IMG/VR virus record: IMGVR_UViG_3300047160_020099
Span: 32,001 to 96,000 of that record
Reading direction: 5' to 3' (one strand)
Length of the DNA: 64,000 bases
Source of the DNA: a virus
A program made the translations under genes and the position numbers. A model generated the notes under the pieces. The model made no database searches. It was given only the letters and a program-made list of their open reading frames with translations, and was not told the origin of the DNA. Shown here piece by piece: positions 47,412-56,223 of the stretch. Position 1 is the first letter of the stretch. Every line of letters starts with the position of its first letter.

Positions 47412-50099
47412 ATGAAGACATCGTTCGTTGATGACCTGGTTTACAAGTTCAAGTCCGGCTTCCCGGTTACTGCCGTCAATACGACAGAGACAGACCGCTG
47501 TATCCAGGAGATCAAGACTGCCGGCTGGTTGATGGGTGAAGGTTGCAAGGTCACACTCACGCCAGCTGACCGCAACCTGTTCAAGACCCTGTTCAACACG
47601 TATACGGAATACAGCTGCCCGCTGACACCTTCTGGCGAGTTGACTGCGGACATCAAGAAGCTGGTCGCTCTCATGCGACGGCTTTGCCACGAGAAGTCCG
47701 AGGCCGCGGCAGACGTTGACCGACTGCTCGATACGGTCGGCTACCCGGTCATTACCTGGAGCCATACCGGGGGCTTCGATAACGGCGCCGGCGACGTCGA
47801 GCTGGACCAGGCGCTGGTCATGGCGGCCCAACCGTATGACAGCAAGGCACGCGACAAGAACCCGCTGCCGCGCTTTTGCATCCTTGTGTACAAGAACGCG
47901 AACGAGTTTCTGGACCCGCCCGGCCCGGAGTGTGCCCGTTTCCGCTCAGCACTACACACCATCTTCTGCGGCAACCGGCTCGTTGACGGCAGCATCCGGC
48001 GGCTGGTTATCATGCTCCAGCCAGACTGGACGCCGCACACACAGATCGCTCACTGCGTCAACTTCGTGGAGTTCGAGCCACCGAACGAGGAGCAGCTCTC
48101 CCACGAAGTCACGTATGTCGAGGAGTCGTTGCAGTCTTCCAAGCGGGACGTGGTGAAGACCTGCCCGACCGAGCTGCGTAAGCCCATCATTACGGCACTG
48201 CGAGGTTTCACCCAGCACGAAGCCGTGAATGCGCTGGCCTACTGCATCGTCAAGCATCGTGGCTTCTGCCCAGACATGGTACCCACCTTGCACGGGCTGA
48301 AAGCCGAGACCTTGAAGCGGGACGAGGTCCTGGAGTACATCGACGCCGAGTACCTGGCCACCACGGATCAGATCGGCGGCTACGAGAACTACCTGGAATT
48401 CATCAGCGAGTGCCAGGAGTGCTACACGGACGAGGCGGCCAAGGCTGGACTAAAGAAGCCCAAGGGCGTGCTGCTCCTGGGCCTTCCTGGATGCGTAGCT
48501 GAAGACACGATGGTCTCTTACCGTCGGGGTAAACGAACCGGCAACAGAAGTTTGCCGATCAACGTCTTTTGCGACAAGGTGAATGGCACCGAACATCATC
48601 ATGCTGGCGTGAAATGGAAGCCAGGATTGGATACGTATTTGCAATCCTTCAACCCGGAGACTGGAAGGATCTTCTATAACCTAGTCAAAGGTGTTTACAA
48701 GAAGGGGCGTAAACATTGCATACGTATCATCACCGATAACGCTGGCTCAGTCACCCTGACCGATGACCATCCAATTATGACGGCTGAGATTATTTTCAAA
48801 GCCGCCGGTGAACTACGAGTTGGTGATAAGCTTCTGGTGCGTGGCAATATGCACCCCACTAAGTTGGCCAATAAGACGGCTCCAAAACATAAACGCCGGG
48901 TCACGGTTGAAACTCTTAAATATCACCCTCGCGGCTGGCCTCATCCGGTAAAAGAGCCAACGACCGGTAAGGTTTACACCTATCTGCGGCAGCACCGAGC
49001 CAGGCTGGTGCTAGAAGCACATATGAACGGATTGGCCTATGAAGAATTCATCCGAATTCTGCAGAAAGAGCCGACAACGGCTTCAGCATTGAAGTATCTC
49101 GAAGATGGTTTGGAGGTTCATCATCAGAACGAAGATCCAACCGACGACCGTCTGGAAAATCTGCTGGTACTGACAAAGCCGGCTCATACGAAGTTGCACT
49201 GTGATGAAAGTCGTTTCAACGTTGCGTATACAACTGAAGCGACTATTACCGGGATCGAAGCTGTCGGTTACCGCGAGACATATGACGTTTCCATGGAAGA
49301 TCCGTACGCCAACTTCGTGGTTAATGATGGGATCATAGCCCATAACACTGGGAAAAGTATGGTGGGCATGGCCACCGCCCGCATCATGAGCCTGCCGCTT
49401 GTGAAGTATGACTTCGGCAGTGTATTCGGTGGCATCGTCGGCCAGAGCGAAAGCACCCAGCGTCGCGTGTTGAAGCGGGTGACAGCTCTCGGCCCGTGCG
49501 TCCTGCTGATCGACGAGGCGGATAAGGCCTTTGCCGGGATGGACCAGACCATCGGTGATTCCGGCACCGGCCAGCGTGTCTTCGGGCGGCTCCTTACATG
49601 GATGGCCACCGAGAACACGGATGCGTTCATCGTGATGACCATGAACCGGCTGAAGGGTGTCCCCGTCGAGATGCTGCGTGCCGGCCGGCTCGACGCCACT
49701 TTCTACACCGAGTTCCCCAGTCCACCAGAGCGGCAAGAGATCCTGGCCATTCACATGAGGAAGAATGGCGTGGATCCCAACTGCTTCGACCGCAACGACT
49801 GGAAGACCCTGGTCAATATCACGGAAGACTTTGCCGGCGCCGAGTTGGAACAGCTCGTCATCAAGGCCGTACGCACTGCCTGGAAGGCAACCAAACTGGT
49901 GCAGCCGAAGATAGCCCACCTGGAGGCCGCGCGGGTCTCTGTGAACCCGGTCGCGCACCTTGACAGAGAGGGCATGCAGAAGATCCTCGAATTTTGCCAG
50001 GACAAGGCCACGCCTGTCAGCAAGAAGAAGCGTATCGCCAAGTCGCAGGTTGGTCGGCTGCGAAGCAGCATCCTGGTTGACAACCCGGAGAACAACTAA
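47412..50099 (+). CDS. Ycf46-like AAA+ ATPase with an intein in the Walker A motif
   Basis: IGGYEN, PKGVLLLGLPG/TGKS, VGQSE, LLIDEADK, RAGRLD; GGAG RBS before ATG 47412. Confidence 0.9.
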   Translation: MKTSFVDDLVYKFKSGFPVTAVNTTETDRCIQEIKTAGWLMGEGCKVTLTPADRNLFKTLFNTYTEYSCPLTPSGELTADIKKLVALMRRLCHEKSEAAADVDRLLDTVGYPVITWSHTGGFDNGAGDVELDQALVMAAQPYDSKARDKNPLPRFCILVYKNANEFLDPPGPECARFRSALHTIFCGNRLVDGSIRRLVIMLQPDWTPHTQIAHCVNFVEFEPPNEEQLSHEVTYVEESLQSSKRDVVKTCPTELRKPIITALRGFTQHEAVNALAYCIVKHRGFCPDMVPTLHGLKAETLKRDEVLEYIDAEYLATTDQIGGYENYLEFISECQECYTDEAAKAGLKKPKGVLLLGLPGCVAEDTMVSYRRGKRTGNRSLPINVFCDKVNGTEHHHAGVKWKPGLDTYLQSFNPETGRIFYNLVKGVYKKGRKHCIRIITDNAGSVTLTDDHPIMTAEIIFKAAGELRVGDKLLVRGNMHPTKLANKTAPKHKRRVTVETLKYHPRGWPHPVKEPTTGKVYTYLRQHRARLVLEAHMNGLAYEEFIRILQKEPTTASALKYLEDGLEVHHQNEDPTDDRLENLLVLTKPAHTKLHCDESRFNVAYTTEATITGIEAVGYRETYDVSMEDPYANFVVNDGIIAHNTGKSMVGMATARIMSLPLVKYDFGSVFGGIVGQSESTQRRVLKRVTALGPCVLLIDEADKAFAGMDQTIGDSGTGQRVFGRLLTWMATENTDAFIVMTMNRLKGVPVEMLRAGRLDATFYTEFPSPPERQEILAIHMRKNGVDPNCFDRNDWKTLVNITEDFAGAELEQLVIKAVRTAWKATKLVQPKIAHLEAARVSVNPVAHLDREGMQKILEFCQDKATPVSKKKRIAKSQVGRLRSSILVDNPENN
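48492..49346 (+). mobile_element. Intein (285 aa) carrying an HNH endonuclease
   Basis: Starts CVAEDT; block B LTDDHPI; ends TYDVSM...NFVVNDGIIAHN with Thr at +1; internal VHHQNEDPTDDRLENL; lower GC. Confidence 0.93.
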
Positions 50100-50479
50100 T
50101 GAGCCTTCAGGGCTTTTTCGTCACCGCTCACAAGCAGCTGGCCGTAGCATTTGACAGGCTCGACGGGGCGCTCTCGCACCTCTTCCAGCCTGTCATTACA
50201 AGCGGGCCACTGTTTGAACTGGTCAGGGACACTCACGCGACTGATTGGGTGTGCCAGCATTACCTTGTCGAGGACATCACACCCGACACGGCGGGCAGTG
50301 ACACAATCTACACTGTTACCGTTGAACTGCAGTGCAAAGGAAAGCAAGACCCCAACAAACCGGATGTTGGCAGTCAGCTGATCGCTTTGGTTGAGATCCC
50401 AGTCACCAAGAATGGCCTATGCGAGCTGGAAGTCATTTCCTGCACCAAATACACAGGAGACGGAACAGAACTGGAATGA
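50099..50479 (+). CDS. Hypothetical protein
   Basis: TAATG and ATGA coupling on both sides. Confidence 0.65.
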   Translation: MSLQGFFVTAHKQLAVAFDRLDGALSHLFQPVITSGPLFELVRDTHATDWVCQHYLVEDITPDTAGSDTIYTVTVELQCKGKQDPNKPDVGSQLIALVEIPVTKNGLCELEVISCTKYTGDGTELE

Positions 50480-50982
50480 GACTGCCACTGACCCTGACGA
50501 ACGACGAAAGCCTGGCAGCGGATCGTGTATGCGGTCCCTGCCAGGCTTGTTGTCATACCGTTGCCATCGACGACGAGGCCCTTCAAAAGGCCGAAAGGGA
50601 GCGGTGCTCTAACCTCTGTGCCACTGGCTGCAGTATTTACCCTGACAGGCCCAAAACTTGCAGAGAGTATCGTTGTGCGTGGTTGTCAGGTGCTTTGCAA
50701 GGTGATGAACGGCGGCGGCCTGACCAGCTCGGTCTGATGTTCCACTGGTCCGTCAACCACTGGTTCGGGCTCTTATTGATGTGCTGGGAGGTTCGACCTT
50801 TTGCCAGCGAGGAACCGGCGGCTAGCTATCTCTTGAAGAACCTATCACAGAAGCATTTGATCTGTATGTTCCTCAATGATCGCGGCGACGAGCCAGGAAC
50901 CAGAAAGTTCATTGGTCCGCCGCGTCGCATGGCTCAAGTTGCCGAGTTCGCGGAGAAGCATAAGGGACAGAAACCGGTTTGA
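50476..50982 (+). CDS. YkgJ-like CxxCxxCC zinc- or iron-chelating protein
   Basis: CGPCQACC...C..L...GCSIYPDRPKTCREYRCAWL. Confidence 0.82.
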   Translation: MRLPLTLTNDESLAADRVCGPCQACCHTVAIDDEALQKAERERCSNLCATGCSIYPDRPKTCREYRCAWLSGALQGDERRRPDQLGLMFHWSVNHWFGLLLMCWEVRPFASEEPAASYLLKNLSQKHLICMFLNDRGDEPGTRKFIGPPRRMAQVAEFAEKHKGQKPV

Positions 50983-51006
50983 AGTAGTGGATTTTTCGAG
51001 GAGCTA

Positions 51007-52113
51007 ATGTCCAATCCAACTGACGAACTTCGGGATATCGCTTCGGTAACCCGAGAACTGAACAGGAACGTTCTCTTCACACATGTGTCTGTGCATCGCT
51101 GGCGCGGGCATAAGGAAGTGGAAGCGGCCACCATCAAGGTCGAGGGCGAGACAGCGACTGAAACACTGGTGACCAAACCGCGGTGGAAGCTGCTCGACGA
51201 CGAGTGGCAACGTAAGTTCTCCAGGGTGGAGACCCTGCTACGCAACATCGTTGCCAAGGCCTCGCCGGCTTTCCCAATCCCCGGCGTCTATGTCATCCCG
51301 CGGCTGCGAGCCCGGCAGTTGTTCGAAGCGGTAGACGAGGTTGCGAAGGAGCAGTTCTACCCGCTGGCGGAGGAGTTTGCCGCTACGTGGCCGTCTTACG
51401 TGGCCAACATCCGGCAAACAGCCACAGAGGCTCAGTGGGCGCAGATCAACAAAGCCTTGCCGACCACAGCCACTGAGCTGCGTAAGAAGTTCCGTGTCAC
51501 GAAGCACATCATCCCGCTGGCCGGCGGCGCCGGTCTCAGCGTGGTAACACTTCGTGACATCTTCACGGACCTTGAGGCAGACCTGTGCAGCAGGCTGCCG
51601 CTGTCCGAGCACAACAAGGAGATCATCACCGCCACATTGCAGACCGCCATGGGCAAACTGCTGCAACACACAGGTGGTGAGTTGACTGGGGGCGAAGCGG
51701 ACAGCTACGCCGTCGAGATCGAGCAGGCGACACGGCAGTTCATCCAGGACACTGCTTCTGTGATTGCTGGCAGCGTTACTCAGGAGCTAAAGGACGCCGT
51801 CGATAATCTGGCCGGCCGGCTGGAAGAACACGGTGTGGTCCGCGACAGCACCATCGAGCTCGTCAAGGCAGCCTTCGAGAAGTACAAGTCGTTCAGCTTC
51901 GCAGCCAACCCGGCCACGCTGGCTCGCATGCACCAGGTCGAGCACCAACTGCTGCACCTATCGCACAAAGAGCTCAACCAGGACAACCGGCACGGCGACG
52001 GCTCGATTGCGAAGGGACTGTCGGACGCACTGAAGGCCTTGCGAGCCCAGGCAGAACAGGACTTCGCGGGTTCGGCAGCGTTTGGCCGCCGGCTCCGCAC
52101 GATCGAGGTTTGA
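51007..52113 (+). CDS. DUF3150-like helical protein
   Basis: V..WRG N-terminus, F.IPGVYVIP, P....LR.KF pattern; GAGGAG RBS; context with AAA ATPase and DUF1257. Confidence 0.65.
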   Translation: MSNPTDELRDIASVTRELNRNVLFTHVSVHRWRGHKEVEAATIKVEGETATETLVTKPRWKLLDDEWQRKFSRVETLLRNIVAKASPAFPIPGVYVIPRLRARQLFEAVDEVAKEQFYPLAEEFAATWPSYVANIRQTATEAQWAQINKALPTTATELRKKFRVTKHIIPLAGGAGLSVVTLRDIFTDLEADLCSRLPLSEHNKEIITATLQTAMGKLLQHTGGELTGGEADSYAVEIEQATRQFIQDTASVIAGSVTQELKDAVDNLAGRLEEHGVVRDSTIELVKAAFEKYKSFSFAANPATLARMHQVEHQLLHLSHKELNQDNRHGDGSIAKGLSDALKALRAQAEQDFAGSAAFGRRLRTIEV

Positions 52114-52126
52114 CAAAGAGGAGCCG

Positions 52127-52558
52127 ATGAATCGAGAGAGCCGTTACGATCCTTATTCCCTCTGGCTTGTCTTGCAGAGCCAACCAGACAAGACGCTGGT
52201 TCACAGCTTCGACCACGGAGACAAGGCCATGGAATTCGCCAAAACATATGACCCGCAGACCGGACCGTTCAAGCTGGCCCGGACTGCGCTAGAACAAGTA
52301 GCGCCGGTACTGGCCGCTGCCGCGCAGGTAGCGATCGGCATCATACGGTCCGAGAAGCACGCCTCGCGTAAGCTTCATGGTGCGGCCAACTTCCTCGAAA
52401 CGTCCCTGCGTTACGCAGCGATGGACCGTGACCTGCCGGAGCTTTACAAGGCGACACGGCGGCAGTTCATGTACGGGTCGCAGGTGCTGGCCGACAGGGT
52501 GCAGGCTGCTACTGATGCCCTGCGGCCCTATCTCGATCTGAAGCTGGTGATGCGGTGA
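52127..52558 (+). CDS. Hypothetical protein
   Basis: GAGGAG RBS before ATG 52127. Confidence 0.7.
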   Translation: MNRESRYDPYSLWLVLQSQPDKTLVHSFDHGDKAMEFAKTYDPQTGPFKLARTALEQVAPVLAAAAQVAIGIIRSEKHASRKLHGAANFLETSLRYAAMDRDLPELYKATRRQFMYGSQVLADRVQAATDALRPYLDLKLVMR

Positions 52559-52803
52559 GGAGTAGAGGACCTCGGCGTATAAATCTAGGGCATCTCAAGG
52601 AGGTTTACTACGCTGTATGGCTAGATACCTTGTCTTTCGAGCTTGAGCATATCGGTGAAGATCTTGCCTACTTGCTTGGCGCGATGCTCCAGGGCGAATG
52701 CTGTGCATGGCCCGAGCACAGGCCGCTTGTGAAACTTCTTCGGAAGCGGTTTCCGAAGACGCACATCGTGTGGGACTACATCAGCATAGACGAGGAGGCA
52801 TAA
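52555..52803 (+). CDS. Hypothetical protein
   Basis: GTGA overlap; fills the gap. Confidence 0.6.
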   Translation: MRSRGPRRINLGHLKEVYYAVWLDTLSFELEHIGEDLAYLLGAMLQGECCAWPEHRPLVKLLRKRFPKTHIVWDYISIDEEA

Positions 52804-52805
52804 CC

Positions 52806-53249
52806 TTGTCCCATATTACCAAGATGGAAATCGAAGTCACCGATCTTGATTCGCTCAAGGAGGCTTGCGAAGAGATCGGCCTGGAATTCAGAGAAGGTCA
52901 GGAGACCTACAAGTGGTTCGGTGCTTCCGTTGGCGACACGCCCATACCGGAAGGCGTTGATGAATCGCAGCTGGGACACTGTGCGCACGCGCTGCGTGTC
53001 CGCGGCAAGCCCGGTGCCTATGAGATCGGCGTGGTACCCAACGCTACCAGGACGGGTTACCACCTCTTGTGGGACTTCTGGGCCGGCGGTTATGGCCTTC
53101 GCGACGCTATCGGCGACGAGGGCAGCAAGCTTCTCCAGAAGTACACCGAGAAGAAGGTGCTCAAGGAAACGCGGAAGGCCGGCTTCCGGCTGGCCAACAC
53201 CGAGAGGAATTTCGCTGATGGCTCTATCAAGCTCACGCTTCGTCGCTGA
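52806..53249 (+). CDS. DUF1257 (Ycf35-like) protein, TTG start
   Basis: GAGGAGG RBS; SHITK.E.EV.DLD.L..AC..IG...YEIGVV...Y.L.WDFW...L.Q.Y...DGSIKL. Confidence 0.8.
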   Translation: MSHITKMEIEVTDLDSLKEACEEIGLEFREGQETYKWFGASVGDTPIPEGVDESQLGHCAHALRVRGKPGAYEIGVVPNATRTGYHLLWDFWAGGYGLRDAIGDEGSKLLQKYTEKKVLKETRKAGFRLANTERNFADGSIKLTLRR

Positions 53250-53271
53250 GCCTGAACGAGATCCATGGCGA

Positions 53272-53709
53272 ATGGCCATGCAGCTGGCTGTCATACGCGG
53301 GCAACTACCGGCCTTTAAGCCGGCAGATCTTGAACCCGGCGTCAAGTTCTTCGTGCTCATGCTTGAACAGGCCGGCTGTGAGACCATGTATAGCTGTGAA
53401 GGCCATCCAGGCGGCTTCTATATCGTGTTCCGCGCGCCGAACTACAGGCGAGCATTCGACATCGATCGCTGTGACTCGGTATTTACCACTGAGCTGGACC
53501 ACCGTGAGCTGGTTTTCAGGCTCTCGCTCATGGTAGCTGAACACGGGGATACTTCGTGGGATGATGACAAACGATGCCGACGGCTGAGCTATCTGGCGAA
53601 ACTATGGGAAAAGCAACTTGGCCGTCTCAAAGCTCTGGACGTACTGGAGGATAAATGCAGGAGATCACTATCACCATTGATCGCCTCGGCAAGCCAACCA
53701 TCGAGGTGA
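53272..53709 (+). CDS. Hypothetical protein with T..SCEGH motif (start uncertain)
   Basis: Fills the gap between DUF1257- and DUF2997-like genes. Confidence 0.6.
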   Translation: MAMQLAVIRGQLPAFKPADLEPGVKFFVLMLEQAGCETMYSCEGHPGGFYIVFRAPNYRRAFDIDRCDSVFTTELDHRELVFRLSLMVAEHGDTSWDDDKRCRRLSYLAKLWEKQLGRLKALDVLEDKCRRSLSPLIASASQPSR

Positions 53710-53852
53710 AAGGTGTCAAGGGACGACAGTGCCTGAAGGTAACCGAAGGACTGGAACAGTCGCTCGGTGGTAAGGTTGTAAGCCGCGACGCAACTGCTGA
53801 CATGTTGCCTCTCGGTAGCACCACCACAACGACCGCCAAAGTCACGCACTGA
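53655..53852 (+). CDS. DUF2997 protein
   Basis: GGAGG RBS; EITITI...G...IEV.G..G..C...T..LEQ.LG. Confidence 0.82.
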   Translation: MQEITITIDRLGKPTIEVKGVKGRQCLKVTEGLEQSLGGKVVSRDATADMLPLGSTTTTTAKVTH

Positions 53853-54115
53853 TGGACGTCACGCTGTTCATCGGCCGTGACGGCAGTTTGACATTCCTGT
53901 ACGACGACATCCTTATGCAAGCCCTTCGTGAGCTGGGTCCTGCCAGCACGCGAAGGGCTTCTAACGTTGAGCCCACTACAGACGGTAAACACTGGCTCGC
54001 CGACATGTCGCCCACAGCCGGCCGACCAGTAACTCTTGGTCCTTTCGAGACCCGCCAGGAAGCTCTGGATGCCGAGGCAAATTGGCTCCTGAACTTTCTG
54101 GTGGGCACCATATGA
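53852..54115 (+). CDS. Conserved hypothetical protein usually adjacent to DUF2997
   Basis: DG....LY.D....LG....RRAS.VEP..DG..W.AD.SP..G...LGPF..R.EAL.AE..WL. Confidence 0.78.
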   Translation: MDVTLFIGRDGSLTFLYDDILMQALRELGPASTRRASNVEPTTDGKHWLADMSPTAGRPVTLGPFETRQEALDAEANWLLNFLVGTI

Positions 54116-54120
54116 CGGGT

Positions 54121-54134
54121 AGTATTCGAATACT
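54121..54134. repeat. Dispersed 14-bp palindrome AGTATTCGAATACT
   Basis: Perfect palindrome; intergenic. Confidence 0.7.
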
Positions 54135-54152
54135 CCTACACAGGATGCAACA

Positions 54153-54503
54153 ATGCCACGCGCAAAGCGCACTACCGTTACTCATTCCGTCAGCAAGAGC
54201 TGCGACGGCGATGGCGATCCATTTGAGCTCGGAATGCCGAGTGAAGAGACGACTGTGGACCTGATCCGTTACCGGGTCATTGCCGAGCTCCACGTCGATC
54301 AGAAGATCGCTGAGCTGACCGCGATCCTGGCAATGGCCGTCGGCACGGGGCCGGCGGCTACAGCAACGCCCAAGACCAGTAAGTGGGCCTGGAACTACGC
54401 CACGTTTGCTGACGCACAGGCCGCTCAACGGCGACTCGCCGATCTGGCAGCGGCCAACAGCAACATCCGGGTCAAAAACCTGACCATTCAGGAGGTAGCG
54501 TGA
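54153..54503 (+). CDS. Hypothetical protein
   Basis: AGGA RBS; coupled to next gene. Confidence 0.7.
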   Translation: MPRAKRTTVTHSVSKSCDGDGDPFELGMPSEETTVDLIRYRVIAELHVDQKIAELTAILAMAVGTGPAATATPKTSKWAWNYATFADAQAAQRRLADLAAANSNIRVKNLTIQEVA

Positions 54504-54862
54504 ACTGGCAAAAGTTGATCGACGAGTTCGAGCCCGTTACCCTGGAGCGTGGTGACCTCACTGTCACCTTCGAATACTGGGATGGCGGGCTCGACAGGAA
54601 CTACTTCAACCCAGCTGAGCCGAAGGACGACAAGCCGACGCTTCACCTTGCCGTCTACCGGGATACGCCGAACGGTTTCGAAATGGAAGCCGCATTTGCC
54701 ACACGGCTTTTGATCAGCGACAGCTTCGAGACGCTGGTCGCGCATCTCGGCGCCATCTTGCCACTGGTCACGCACCAGGCGGATTACCAGATCCTCCTGC
54801 GTAAGGCTCCGTTCGTGTTCGCGGACCGTTCACCAGGCGTTGTGAGCCCGGCCTATGCCTAA
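54500..54862 (+). CDS. Hypothetical protein
   Basis: AGGAGGT RBS; GTG start. Confidence 0.75.
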   Translation: MNWQKLIDEFEPVTLERGDLTVTFEYWDGGLDRNYFNPAEPKDDKPTLHLAVYRDTPNGFEMEAAFATRLLISDSFETLVAHLGAILPLVTHQADYQILLRKAPFVFADRSPGVVSPAYA

Positions 54863-55073
54863 CCTCTATGAGATCACGGTCCGTTTCAGAGACGGAGAGC
54901 TATACGGCCGTACTAGTGTACAGGTCTCGGCAACTGACGAACATGACGCCAGGGAAAAAGCGCTCGATGAACTGGCTGAAACGCAGCCCTGGGATGAAGT
55001 GACGGATGTGTGGGTGACCAAGCTCAACGACCCGCCGCCATCGCCTGACGGCGAGCCTCCGCCAGCTGCCTGA
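54855..55073 (+). CDS. Small acidic hypothetical protein
   Basis: Overlaps previous stop; V.ATDE.DAREKA pattern common in phage small proteins. Confidence 0.65.
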   Translation: MPNLYEITVRFRDGELYGRTSVQVSATDEHDAREKALDELAETQPWDEVTDVWVTKLNDPPPSPDGEPPPAA

Positions 55074-56223
55074 GATAGTTGTTGCTGAACTGCTTCGAGT
55101 AAGCCGAAGCTTCCTTGACGATCGGCTTGATGCCGAAGTCAGACATGAACTTTTCCAGGGCTTCGACGTCGCCCCTTGGCAAGGTCTGAATGAAACGGGC
55201 GGCCTTCTCGGAATCGACGTACAGGCCGTCGTTGGTCATCTGATCGGCGAAGTCGTCGCCGAAATAATCTCGCACCTCGCCGAGCTTCATTCGCTCCAGG
55301 TCGGCGAGCTTGTACATGTTCCCCGTGGTAGTGCCGACGTGTTCCCTCACAGCCTCGGCCATCTTCTCCCTTGTAAGACCGAACAACACATCCTCCACAC
55401 GCGGCAGGTCCGGACCGTAGCCGGAAACAAGTCCGGCTGTTCGGTCAAACTGGTCCACCACAGCCGCTACCTTGACGCGGACGCCTGGCTCTCGTAGCTT
55501 GGCGGGATGTTGCGCGATCATTTTGGCCAGCTTCAGCATCTCGGTTTGAAGCTCGCTCAGAGGACCCGGTCCCTTGCGACTGGCATGTACCCTGGTAAGA
55601 ATCATCTCGGCCGCTTCGTGTGAGGAGCAGGCACCATGCCCAGCCTGCTTCTCGACGAACTCGTTCAACAGGCCCAGCGTTACGCCCAGCTGGGCCTGCT
55701 TTTGCAAAATCTTGTCGGCGATCTGCTGTCGGACTTCGAAAGTCATGGCCGGGTGGTCCCGGTGCTTGTGCAGGTAATCGGCAGCCGCCTTCACTTCGGC
55801 TGGGTTCTGAATGCGGTAGCGACGGTGCTTGCCGCCATCATCCTCCCAGACAAGAGCAAAGTCTTCATCCGGCAGCAGTGCGTCACTGTTCGGCACATTG
55901 GTGTCGAAAGCTACCTTGAGCTGCCGGATAGAATCATGTATGCCGTGGACTTCGGCGCAGTGCATGATACGGTCTTCGACTGCACTGGCATCGACAGGGC
56001 GGAACTCAGCCCTTTTGTCCAGGAAAAAGGCCATGCTAGCCCACGTGGCTGCCGCCGTGTGACACGGAAACATGCGGTGACGTGGGTCACCGTAAACCTC
56101 TGCCGGCAAGTTGTCTGTGCCACACAGCTCTTCCACAGACGCCTGCTTCACGAAGGCCGGTGGCTGATAGAGCGTGACAAGCCGGTAAAGCTGACGGCCA
56201 CTTACATCACGAGACTGATCCAT
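55024..56223 (-). CDS. Hypothetical protein rich in K-x-A motifs, possibly head-associated
   Basis: GGAG RBS before ATG at 56223 (MDQSRD); 399 aa with typical codon usage on the minus strand. Confidence 0.78.
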   Translation of the reverse strand: MDQSRDVSGRQLYRLVTLYQPPAFVKQASVEELCGTDNLPAEVYGDPRHRMFPCHTAAATWASMAFFLDKRAEFRPVDASAVEDRIMHCAEVHGIHDSIRQLKVAFDTNVPNSDALLPDEDFALVWEDDGGKHRRYRIQNPAEVKAAADYLHKHRDHPAMTFEVRQQIADKILQKQAQLGVTLGLLNEFVEKQAGHGACSSHEAAEMILTRVHASRKGPGPLSELQTEMLKLAKMIAQHPAKLREPGVRVKVAAVVDQFDRTAGLVSGYGPDLPRVEDVLFGLTREKMAEAVREHVGTTTGNMYKLADLERMKLGEVRDYFGDDFADQMTNDGLYVDSEKAARFIQTLPRGDVEALEKFMSDFGIKPIVKEASAYSKQFSNNYLRQLAEARRQAMAAGR

